From a virus (taxonomy: Duplodnaviria > Caudoviricetes), in the IMG/VR virus record IMGVR_UViG_3300038520_002359, positions 1 to 25,701 of that record: 25,701 bases of DNA. The stretch is one strand, 5' to 3'. Both the position numbers and the translations under genes were made by a program. The notes under the pieces were generated by a model that was not told the DNA's origin, did no database searches, and saw nothing but the letters and a program-made list of their open reading frames with translations. Shown here piece after piece: positions 9,165 to 16,230 of the stretch (its first letter is position 1; each line of letters starts with the position of its first letter).

Positions 9165-10747
9165 TATGATTGATTATTTTGGTCTTCTTTTATTTCTTCA
9201 ACCTTCGGCTTCGGAGTGCCAGCAACCTGAGCGCCTTCAATTACGTCACCGAACTTATCAAACAGCGGTCTTTGAATACCAATTTCATACATGTATTGTC
9301 TGTAAATATTTTGCTTCTCTTGCGAGGTATATGGTTTATCTGTATCTGGATTTATTGCTGGAAGGTTATTCACAATATCCATAACAACTTGCTTGTTGTA
9401 TTCGAACCTAGTTGGGTCGTCTCTCTCTAGAACTTTAAGAGCATCTAGCTCAAGTTGCTTCTGCTCGACGATGTTGCCAAGCAGTCCAGCCTTGGATTGC
9501 GCTCTCATTGCAGGATCAGGATACGCCTTGCGTCTTTGCGCGTCGGTCAATCCGTCTTTACCTACAGAAGCCTTACCTCTTTGGACTTCGTTGAAGTCTG
9601 GCTTCGCGTCCATTCTGGCTTCACGATCCCTGGATGCTTGAGCGAATGAACCGCCCTGCTGGACTCTTTGAAGCTGCCTGTTGGACATTTCTTTTGCTGC
9701 ATCACTTTGCAAGAACTTCTGTTGAGCTGCTCTATCCTCCTGTCTGCGCTGTCCTTCCAGTGCATTCATTCTGGCTGCTGTGTTAGCATCCGCAAAGGCT
9801 ACGTTGCCAGAGGCATCAATAAATGGTTTAAGTCCTGGTGCTGGCTCTCCAGATATAACTGGATTACCCTGCTCTGCCTGTTGTGCTTCTAGGCGATTCA
9901 GATCCTCCATAGATATCTCTTGGGTCTGAGTAGCCATTGGATTTTCAGCTGTTGGAGCTCTTACTATGCCCATTATTCTTGGGTCTCCACCTTCCTCTAG
10001 CGGAGGAAGCGTGTATGCACCCAGAGCTGTTCCTGGTGCAGCCATTTGCTGATCAGTAAATCCTGGACCCCTTGGAGCTAACGCCTCTGCTTCAGTCTTA
10101 GGTGTTTGAAATGGAACTGGAGCTTGCTCGGGTATAGGAGTTTGAGCTACTGAAGCTGGAACTGTTGGGAGTTCAGGAGTTGGTGCAACCGCTGGAGCTT
10201 CTGTAGTTGGTGCAGCTGCTGAGTCTGCTGGTTCGTCTACAACAGGATTGTTAAATTTTTCGTATCCCGTTATTTTTCCCCTTCCTCCAAAAATTGGTTT
10301 AGTGGGATTGAAGCCCTTGGCAATAAGATCCCTCTCCTTGTCAGTCATTGGACCTCGATTTGTGCCACCAGCCATCTTTCCATATAAATTAGCTATTTTA
10401 CCGCTAATGTCGAACTGATTGTCCAGAAAATTTCCAACAGAATATCCTCCAGCCAATGCTGCAAGCTTAGGCATTCCAAGAAATGCTGCACCTCTGCTTA
10501 AAAAAGGAACTGAGGTCTTTGCTCCAATAATAGCAGGAATCGCAGATGTAGCCGCAAATCCAGGTGTAAGGGTTTCGTCCGCAATTGTTTCAACGGTTCC
10601 ACGATTACGACTCCGCGCTGCAGGTTTTTGCAAGTTTGCGCGTGCACGTGCATTAGCGTCACCCCTTGTTGCGGTTTTTTGTTTGGGCATGTTGCCCAAC
10701 AAAGTTTCTTGTGGATCTTTGTTTCCTCGGTTTCTTCCTCTTGGCAT
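9164..10747 (-). CDS. Putative internal virion protein with a Pro/Ala-rich linker
   Basis: 527 aa with a basic N-terminus, a hydrophobic Gly/Ala stretch and a PAV/PT-rich linker. TAATG coupling to the 1242-aa gene. Confidence 0.5.
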   Translation of the reverse strand: MPRGRNRGNKDPQETLLGNMPKQKTATRGDANARARANLQKPAARSRNRGTVETIADETLTPGFAATSAIPAIIGAKTSVPFLSRGAAFLGMPKLAALAGGYSVGNFLDNQFDISGKIANLYGKMAGGTNRGPMTDKERDLIAKGFNPTKPIFGGRGKITGYEKFNNPVVDEPADSAAAPTTEAPAVAPTPELPTVPASVAQTPIPEQAPVPFQTPKTEAEALAPRGPGFTDQQMAAPGTALGAYTLPPLEEGGDPRIMGIVRAPTAENPMATQTQEISMEDLNRLEAQQAEQGNPVISGEPAPGLKPFIDASGNVAFADANTAARMNALEGQRRQEDRAAQQKFLQSDAAKEMSNRQLQRVQQGGSFAQASRDREARMDAKPDFNEVQRGKASVGKDGLTDAQRRKAYPDPAMRAQSKAGLLGNIVEQKQLELDALKVLERDDPTRFEYNKQVVMDIVNNLPAINPDTDKPYTSQEKQNIYRQYMYEIGIQRPLFDKFGDVIEGAQVAGTPKPKVEEIKEDQNNQS

Positions 10748-10753
10748 ATCGGT

Positions 10754-10762
10754 ATTATATCA
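10754..10762 (-). promoter_or_regulatory. Extended -10 promoter (TGnTATAAT), probably giving a leaderless mRNA
   Basis: TGATATAAT with 6 nt before ATG 10747. The same motif and spacing occur at 19560-19568. Confidence 0.55.
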
Positions 10763-10779
10763 TATTAGTTGTGTTTGTG

Positions 10780-10800
10780 CAGTTAATGAATCCAACTGCC
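10780..10800. repeat. Left arm of the inverted repeat closing the ribozyme element
   Basis: AATCCAACTGCC (10789-10800) is the exact reverse complement of 11209-11220. Pairing extends to ~20 bp with one mismatch and one bulge. Confidence 0.85.
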
Positions 10801-10806
10801 ACGCAT

Positions 10807-10922
10807 AGCAAGCCCTCTTTCGAGGGGTTTGGCGAGTCATACACCTCCCCTCCGCCCCTTACGTCCCTTTCGGGCCGCAGGTAGCTCGGGTCGGGTTCCT
10901 ACGTCGCTCAAGCGGTATGGCG
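10807..10922 (-). other. Predicted 116-nt circularised exon with SD and a junction-spanning 39-codon ORF
   Basis: Lies between omega-G 10923 and the candidate 5' splice-site U at 10807. GGAGGGGAGGU precedes AUG 10840, and there are two GAAA tetraloop hairpins. Confidence 0.55.
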
Positions 10923-11104
10923 CATTATGTTATCGCTGCGGTTCTTTATCTGCAGCTTCTGCATGTTACCATGCAGTTCAGACTATCTCTTCATCTTTCG
11001 ATGCAGGGCGCTCTTGGGCAAATTACTGTCCGTTCTGAACTCGTTACCTAGTCGTTGCACCTTCTCAAGCATTCCTGCCCGAGCTTGGCTCAGGATTGTC
11101 CTAT

Positions 11105-11170
11105 TGGTGGAGGTGGGTGGAATTGAACCACCGTCTCTAGCCGAGGCTAGATCGATACCCTTGCACCCCC
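11105..11170 (-). ncRNA. tmRNA-like tRNA(Ala) domain with no mRNA-like domain, nested in intron P5
   Basis: GGGGGUG-CAAGGGUAUCGA-UCUAGC(CUCG)GCUAGA-GAC-GGUGG(UUCAAUU)CCACC-CACCUCC-ACCA. It has a 7-bp acceptor stem with G3.U70, A73 and encoded CCA, a T arm, no D stem and no anticodon loop. Confidence 0.85.
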
Positions 11171-11208
11171 AAGGAGTTCCCCTGAATTCACCCTGTATTG
11201 CCCTTTTG

Positions 11209-11230
11209 GGCAGTTGGATTTATTAAACTG
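11209..11230. repeat. Right arm of the inverted repeat closing the ribozyme element
   Basis: GGCAGTTGGATTTATTAAACTG is complementary to 10780-10800. Confidence 0.85.
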
Positions 11231-11240
11231 TCAAAGAAAA

Positions 11241-11996
11241 TTAGTATATAAAAGCAAAGAACCAAACGTCACAAGCGCTAACAGCCCTATTCCTTGCGCC
11301 CTTGTATTGTTGTGTTATTAAATGAGCGTCGTCCATTACTTCTGGTTGGTAACCCGCCCACATCCATGCTACTATAGCAAGGTTCCACCTTACCTTGCAT
11401 TTAGCAAGTTCAACTAAAGAAGAGTCCTTAGTTGCTAGGTATTCATCTATTCCAGATGAAACTTGAGCCATGTCAGCGCTAGATGGAGTCCAAAAAAAAT
11501 TAGGATCGGAATCGCCAAGAAGAAACCCACAAGTGTCTCCTCTTTCTGCAGTTTCAAACGGTTTTGGATTTCCGCAAAACATTCCCCTGGAACCATATAA
11601 GTAATAAGGAACCACATCAATGTTGAACCTGTATCTAGTAAATGCACTTTTTAAATCCGAGTTAGAAAGCATATGTCGAATGCTTCCATCCTTATGCTTG
11701 TAATAACCTCCTAGGTCTCCGAACCTTCTTGTCTTGTGCCTGTGATCTGGGTTGGCAGTATCTATTGAATTCAAGTCAGACGGATTAATATTATCCCACC
11801 GTATAATCCTTGTGCAATAATGCATATACTTTTGAGCTGATCCTCCTCCATTATGCCCCAGGGCTTCAGTCCCAGGGAAGTCAGGTGGGTTGTCTTGCAC
11901 TGTTGATTCTACGGATGTAGTCATCCTTGGCAAGGAATCCACGTATGTAGTAGGAGCAAGCTTGTCATCCTTGTTGTTAGGAAACCAATTAGCCAT
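11241..11996 (-). CDS. Hypothetical protein
   Basis: 251-aa ORF tightly packed in the late arm; no motif recognised. Confidence 0.7.
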   Translation of the reverse strand: MANWFPNNKDDKLAPTTYVDSLPRMTTSVESTVQDNPPDFPGTEALGHNGGGSAQKYMHYCTRIIRWDNINPSDLNSIDTANPDHRHKTRRFGDLGGYYKHKDGSIRHMLSNSDLKSAFTRYRFNIDVVPYYLYGSRGMFCGNPKPFETAERGDTCGFLLGDSDPNFFWTPSSADMAQVSSGIDEYLATKDSSLVELAKCKVRWNLAIVAWMWAGYQPEVMDDAHLITQQYKGARNRAVSACDVWFFAFIY

Positions 11997-11997
11997 A

Positions 11998-12780
11998 TTA
12001 AGAACTATCAGTATTTTCTACAGCTTGTAAAGCTTCTACCGATATTGTAGCTTTGTATAGCTTGTCGCTAACAGTGACAATGAATTCTTTTTTTCCAGGG
12101 ACAGTATTAACTCCATTTGAATCTGACAGTTCTCCATTTTCAGAATTTCCGAATTCAAAATCATTGCCAATTAATTGATTAATTATAACTTTTAATCCCA
12201 CTAGGACCCTAGCTACTTTAATAGTTCCAATCAGTTGGCGTTCTACTAATGTAAAGCCATCTTTAATTCTTGCTTGAGTACCACTATTGTGCGTGGGGTC
12301 AAAGGGGTCACTCTTTTCTATTTTTTGATTTACAACTCGACTGTATGACTCAGACCCTATTTCTTTTTTTAATTCTACCTCAGCATATATCATTGTTATG
12401 CTTGGTTCGTTAGAAGGGATGGTAAAGTTTTCTCGTTTAAATTTAACTTGCTGCTTTTGAGCTACTGCAGTCCCTCCGTTTACTTGTACTTTTAAAGTAT
12501 CTCCGCGAACGTATTGAGCATTGGGGTCAAAGGATGTTGAACCTCCCTCTGACTCGGGAAGAAAACCTGAAGTATTTACATGTTGATTTCGAATACTTAT
12601 GGCAAACGGAGTGCTAAAGTCTTCTTGAATTTCATTTCCTGGGCTGCTGCCAGAACTAGCCTCAGCAGCTTGGTATGCCTGACCATGGTGGTGAGGTGTC
12701 CCATGTATCTCATAGTCCTGCATGAAATCATTGATGAGGGACCTCGTCTTGGGACCAACCTTGGAATTATATTTTTGCAT
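11998..12780 (-). CDS. Hypothetical protein, possibly virion-associated
   Basis: 260-aa ORF with a beta-rich appearance, co-oriented and tightly packed. Confidence 0.65.
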   Translation of the reverse strand: MQKYNSKVGPKTRSLINDFMQDYEIHGTPHHHGQAYQAAEASSGSSPGNEIQEDFSTPFAISIRNQHVNTSGFLPESEGGSTSFDPNAQYVRGDTLKVQVNGGTAVAQKQQVKFKRENFTIPSNEPSITMIYAEVELKKEIGSESYSRVVNQKIEKSDPFDPTHNSGTQARIKDGFTLVERQLIGTIKVARVLVGLKVIINQLIGNDFEFGNSENGELSDSNGVNTVPGKKEFIVTVSDKLYKATISVEALQAVENTDSS

Positions 12781-12788
12781 TACTATTA

Positions 12789-14138
12789 TTATGCTACGGT
12801 GGTGGTTGTTACTTCGTAATACTTAGTACCGTCCAGGGCAGTTAAGATTAGTCTAGAATCTTGACTAAGAATTCCAGTTTCATTATAACCTTCCGCTGAG
12901 GTTGCCCCCGACCCAACGCACGAACTAGTTTCAGAGGCAGTTCCTATGTCCGTAACAATTCCGTTGTCTACCAGTCTCGGGCTTTCAAATGCATTATAAA
13001 AAACGCCTCCAGATGATGCAGGTGATAACAAATGACAACCATTGTAGTTCTGTACTCTAGCAGTATTAGAAATACTTCTGTTAAATCCAGTTACCGTTCT
13101 AGTATGATTTCCGCTGTCGCTAATAAACTTAACAGTGTTGCCAGCTGATTCTCTTTGAGAGCTTTGAGTAAAGGTTACCGAGCAAGATACCTGACCTAAG
13201 TCATAAGCTGGAGTAAAACTTCCAGGAGGAGACGTTGTCATTTCTACCTTGATGTCCACAGGAACCTGTTTACGTCTAGGGGGGACTACCTGCACTACGG
13301 CAATTGTCCCAGAATTAACACTTTGCGCTGTGCAGTTAACAGTTCCAACTACATCAACTTCTGCTACATCCTTGTATTCCTGCGTTGTTCCTGTAATTAG
13401 ATCGCTTCCGTCTGAAGCGTTTTGCAAAGCAGTTTTTGTAAATGTAATGAACCCGTTCTTTGATTCTTCCTTGCTGGCAATGAGAACCCCCGTAGGAGTG
13501 CTTCCACCAGTAGTTGCCGTTCCGTAAGAGACCTGGGTAACTTGTTTTACATTACCGAACTCCCTGGGCCCTTGCTGAATGGTTTCGGATATCAGTCCAG
13601 TAGCAATGAACTTTTCAGTTACCTTCCTGTATGCATCCGTGTCATCTATTTCGTATGAAGCAAGCTGCAGGGTTTGTGCGCTCTCCGAATTAATCTGATG
13701 AGAGATTGCGTCCGAAGCTGCACCAATTGTTTTTGAATACGTAGTTCCAGCTGCAGCAATTGATTCTCTTGTTACAGATCTAAGCCCATTTGGTTCATTA
13801 GATATCGTATCGTCCTTCGTCTGAACAAAGGAAGAGCTAAGAGTTTCATAAACAAAAGTAACTAGGTATTCATTACCTTGCTGCTGCGAAGTCGCTTGAA
13901 CCAAGCGCATATCGCTATAAGCTTCTCCTGACCTTGCGCTAGCGCCATCCGTGCTGAACTCGGCATCTTGTAAAGAGCCATAGTCCGCAAATATTCTATC
14001 CTTGTTATCGTTATACCAATCCTCTCTAGGATTGGTGCTCTGAAGATTAAATGTAAGCCTGAACCTGTTGTTCTGCAGTTTCTCTACGGAAGGACTGCTA
14101 ACAAGCCTAAGCCGACTAGTCCTGTGAGAGATTGCCAT
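12789..14138 (-). CDS. Putative structural (tail-associated) protein
   Basis: 449 aa, Ser/Thr/Gly-rich beta-type composition, in the late arm. Confidence 0.55.
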   Translation of the reverse strand: MAISHRTSRLRLVSSPSVEKLQNNRFRLTFNLQSTNPREDWYNDNKDRIFADYGSLQDAEFSTDGASARSGEAYSDMRLVQATSQQQGNEYLVTFVYETLSSSFVQTKDDTISNEPNGLRSVTRESIAAAGTTYSKTIGAASDAISHQINSESAQTLQLASYEIDDTDAYRKVTEKFIATGLISETIQQGPREFGNVKQVTQVSYGTATTGGSTPTGVLIASKEESKNGFITFTKTALQNASDGSDLITGTTQEYKDVAEVDVVGTVNCTAQSVNSGTIAVVQVVPPRRKQVPVDIKVEMTTSPPGSFTPAYDLGQVSCSVTFTQSSQRESAGNTVKFISDSGNHTRTVTGFNRSISNTARVQNYNGCHLLSPASSGGVFYNAFESPRLVDNGIVTDIGTASETSSCVGSGATSAEGYNETGILSQDSRLILTALDGTKYYEVTTTTVA

Positions 14139-14143
14139 TTAGT

Positions 14144-14812
14144 TTACTTATTCTTTCTTGCCAAGTAACGATTATACTGGATTTTATCTTTGCCTCTAAG
14201 CTTCTTTATTTTAGCCTTGGTCATGTTATCAAACCTAGAACCAACTGCACTTGCACCTCTAGGAGCAGCTTTTTTAACAGCTTTTTTCTTTGCTTGAGCT
14301 ACTGCAAATGTTTTAGCTGCTGTTCCCTTGTTTCGTTTCTCTAAAGCTTTTGGTTTAGCACCTGCAGGAGCTGCCTTCTTCTTTGCTGGGGCTTTTGCAA
14401 CCTTTGCTGCTTTTTTCGCTGCTGTCTTTGTGCCGAACTTTATTGGAGCCTTTCCTGACGTTGCTGCTGGCTTTGACGGTGCTGGCTTTGCTGCTGACCC
14501 TCTCTTTCTTCTGCCACTAACTACCTTTGCACCTGCAGCTCCAGTTCCTATAGCAGCGCCTCCACCAATAACCTTAGCTCCTGTTTTTTGAACTTCTGAT
14601 TTAGGAATAAAGCCTCGCCTACCAGACTTCGTGAAAGAACCCCTTGCGCCTCTTTTTAATCCTGGTGTAGCTGCATATCCCACGCCTTCGGCAGTCTTCT
14701 TAGCTGCACCAACAACTTTTTTGCCAGCCTTTGTTTTGGCTGCTTTTTTTGCTGCTTCCTTAGAAGCTTTTAGAGCAGCTTGACCGCCTCGTATTAGTAA
14801 TCCAATGTTCAT
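14144..14812 (-). CDS. Lys/Ala-rich histone H1-like basic protein
   Basis: Repeated KKAAK/KAPAKKK/KPA motifs and very few acidic residues. Confidence 0.7.
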   Translation of the reverse strand: MNIGLLIRGGQAALKASKEAAKKAAKTKAGKKVVGAAKKTAEGVGYAATPGLKRGARGSFTKSGRRGFIPKSEVQKTGAKVIGGGAAIGTGAAGAKVVSGRRKRGSAAKPAPSKPAATSGKAPIKFGTKTAAKKAAKVAKAPAKKKAAPAGAKPKALEKRNKGTAAKTFAVAQAKKKAVKKAAPRGASAVGSRFDNMTKAKIKKLRGKDKIQYNRYLARKNK

Positions 14813-14826
14813 TATTAATTATTTAT

Positions 14827-15042
14827 TTATTGATTAAGGTTTCCCCTATCGTATAGACCTGGGGTTGAATTCATTATACCAAAAGAATTTCGTAGCAATT
14901 CCTCTGTAGTTTTGTCCTTGTATTTCAGCATCTCCTTTGGAACTTCGTATACGCCGTCCACAACCTCGGGATCAGCTTTAGATACTTTTTGTATTCTTTT
15001 TGGAGGGGACTTAGAAGCTTTTGCTATCGAAGAGGGGATCAT
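14827..15042 (-). CDS. Small hypothetical protein
   Basis: 71-aa ORF with TAATG coupling at 15042. Confidence 0.6.
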   Translation of the reverse strand: MIPSSIAKASKSPPKRIQKVSKADPEVVDGVYEVPKEMLKYKDKTTEELLRNSFGIMNSTPGLYDRGNLNQ

Positions 15043-15227
15043 TATTTTATTGTCCTTCTGCCGTAGGTGACATCGAGGTTAGGCTTTGGGGGATCAGGAA
15101 CTTTAAATCCCTTTTTTTTCAGTTTTTCTGCAATGGCTTTTTCAGCCTTTGTCATGACCTTACGAGACTCGCCAGATGTTGCTTTTCCTAGCTTGCTTCC
15201 AAGCCTTATTAATCCAGATAGTCCCAT
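15042..15227 (-). CDS. Small basic protein
   Basis: 61 aa, Lys-rich, with TAATG coupling on both sides. Confidence 0.65.
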   Translation of the reverse strand: MGLSGLIRLGSKLGKATSGESRKVMTKAEKAIAEKLKKKGFKVPDPPKPNLDVTYGRRTIK

Positions 15228-15376
15228 TACTTTATTAGCTTTCTCATGAAGTTCTTTTTAGCAATCTTACGAAGCGTCTTTTGGTCAGGCAACTGACCGC
15301 CGTGCTTCTTATCTATTACGTCTCCGAACACCTTGCTAACAGTGTTAACAACCTTCTTTGCAGCTGCTGCCTTCAT
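15227..15376 (-). CDS. Small basic protein (49 aa)
   Basis: Not in the ORF track: MKAAAAKKVVNTVSKVFGDVIDKKHGGQLPDQKTLRKIAKKNFMRKLIK. ATGA and TAATG overlaps with its neighbours. Confidence 0.65.
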   Translation of the reverse strand: MKAAAAKKVVNTVSKVFGDVIDKKHGGQLPDQKTLRKIAKKNFMRKLIK

Positions 15377-15549
15377 TTTAGATTTTGCCTAGAAAAATAC
15401 TGACGAGCGGAGTCGTTCATTCTTTCCAAAGGATTGCCTGGTTTAAGCACCTTTTGAATTTCGTCTCTTCGTCTTTGTCCTGGGGATTTCATCATATTTT
15501 TTATCCCCTTGGCAGCCTTACCAGCTGCCCTCATCATTCCGTATGCCAT
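15373..15549 (-). CDS. Small basic protein (58 aa)
   Basis: Not in the ORF track: MAYGMMRAAGKAAKGIKNMMKSPGQRRRDEIQKVLKPGNPLERMNDSARQYFSRQNLK. The stop overlaps the next ATG. Confidence 0.6.
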   Translation of the reverse strand: MAYGMMRAAGKAAKGIKNMMKSPGQRRRDEIQKVLKPGNPLERMNDSARQYFSRQNLK

Positions 15550-15575
15550 AATTATTTATATTGTTGTAGTTATTG

Positions 15576-15812
15576 TTAGCACTTCCAACGCCTCAAGGCT
15601 AGGGCTTTCCTCGTTGGTCGTCCTTTTGAATCCTTCATTGGACCTTTTACTCCAGACATTCTAGCACAAAAACTTCGTCTACGAGCTGCTCTTTTGCCCT
15701 TCGGATTTTTTTCGGTTACTGGAGCTTTTAGGTTCGCGCCAGTCTTGCGCTTGAAGTAAGCTCTTCCAGCAGCGGTAAGCCCTCCTTTTTTACTCTTGTG
15801 CTCTTTCCTCAT
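15576..15812 (-). CDS. Conserved small basic phage protein (DUF6321-like)
   Basis: GGLTAAGRAYF...NLKAPV...RRRSFCARM...ALRRWKC motif; family name from recall. Confidence 0.7.
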   Translation of the reverse strand: MRKEHKSKKGGLTAAGRAYFKRKTGANLKAPVTEKNPKGKRAARRRSFCARMSGVKGPMKDSKGRPTRKALALRRWKC

Positions 15813-16051
15813 CAGCTTCTGACTTTTGCTCTAGGTGTATTGGATACGACTGTTTTTCCTCTAGCTCCTGCTCTTTTCTTTTTTCTTGCTGTAGTAGCTC
15901 TCTGTGCTTGCGTGAGGCTGAGAGCCTTTCTTTTAGGCAAGCAACGGTCAGGGTTTTTCTTATCTTTCGACGTTCCGCAAGGGCCTTTAATTTTTCCATC
16001 AGTGCCTATTCGAACCCACTGTTGATCTCTCCACTGTTTTAGTTGACCCAT
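15812..16051 (-). CDS. Conserved small basic phage protein
   Basis: LKQWRDQQWVRI...CG...RCLPKRKA motif, with TAATG/TGATG coupling. Confidence 0.7.
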   Translation of the reverse strand: MGQLKQWRDQQWVRIGTDGKIKGPCGTSKDKKNPDRCLPKRKALSLTQAQRATTARKKKRAGARGKTVVSNTPRAKVRS

Positions 16052-16230
16052 TAGCGCACCCTCTTTCTGCTGGACTTACCCTTCTTTGCACCCTTTGCGT
16101 AGTTGGGATCCTTGCAGTATTTGGACGCAGCCATGTTTGCATAGGCACTTGGATAAGTGTCAAATGTTCGTCTAGCCCATGCTTTACCCGCTGGGCAAAT
16201 TTTACCTCCGCTTTTTGCTTTTTTTGGCAT
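16051..16230 (-). CDS. Small basic protein with a YPSAYAN motif (59 aa)
   Basis: Not in the ORF track: MPKKAKSGGKICPAGKAWARRTFDTYPSAYANMAASKYCKDPNYAKGAKKGKSSRKRVR. TAATG coupling. Confidence 0.7.
   Translation of the reverse strand: MPKKAKSGGKICPAGKAWARRTFDTYPSAYANMAASKYCKDPNYAKGAKKGKSSRKRVR

Larger units (their letters stand above)
10780..11230 (-). ncRNA. Group I ribozyme (IA-like), apparently circularly permuted
   Basis: P3 CAGGGUG (11195-11189)/CGCCCUG (11010-11004); P4 UUCAGG/CCUGAG; J6/7-P7 GCAAC-GACUA (11053-11049)/UAGUC (10985-10981); extra helices between P7 and P3'; P8 CAUC-GAAA-GAUG; J8/7 AAGAGA; P9 CUGCAUG-GUAA-CAUGCAG; 3' end ACAUAAUG with omega-G at 10923, resembling the T4 td intron end as recalled. 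Candidate P1 lies downstream at 10811-10796. Confidence 0.85.

Noticed and set aside
11105-11135. attP core for integration into host ssrA
   Set aside because: attP sites normally copy only the 3' end. Here the matching 5' acceptor strand is present, the unit sits precisely in P5, and no integrase is in the window. Not fully excluded.
11105-11170. Canonical tRNA gene or full-length ssrA
   Set aside because: It has no D stem or 7-nt anticodon loop, so it is not a standard tRNA. It is only 66 nt, with no tag ORF or pseudoknots between the halves, and the halves are in normal order, so it is neither a one-piece nor a permuted two-piece tmRNA.
10666-11226. + strand ORFs 10666-10884, 10829-11038 and 10927-11226
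   Set aside because: They are antisense to the structured RNA and the late arm, have non-ATG starts and show no protein-like features.
10780-11230. MITE or IS element suggested by the terminal inverted repeats
   Set aside because: No target-site duplication or transposase is visible. The repeats contain a bulge and a mismatch that suit RNA pairing, and the interior is a ribozyme fold.
11229-11234. TTGACA as the -35 of a dedicated promoter for the RNA cassette
   Set aside because: There is no -10-like hexamer at 16-18 nt spacing, and the motif overlaps the 5' pairing arm.
10923-11240. Conventional group I intron interrupting a CDS or tRNA
   Set aside because: The upstream ORF stops at 11241, the downstream gene has its own start and promoter, and I found no upstream P1 with a U.G pair.
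15790-15999. Alternative-frame - strand ORF (69 aa)
   Set aside because: It overlaps 15812-16051, which has conserved motifs and exact stop-start coupling.
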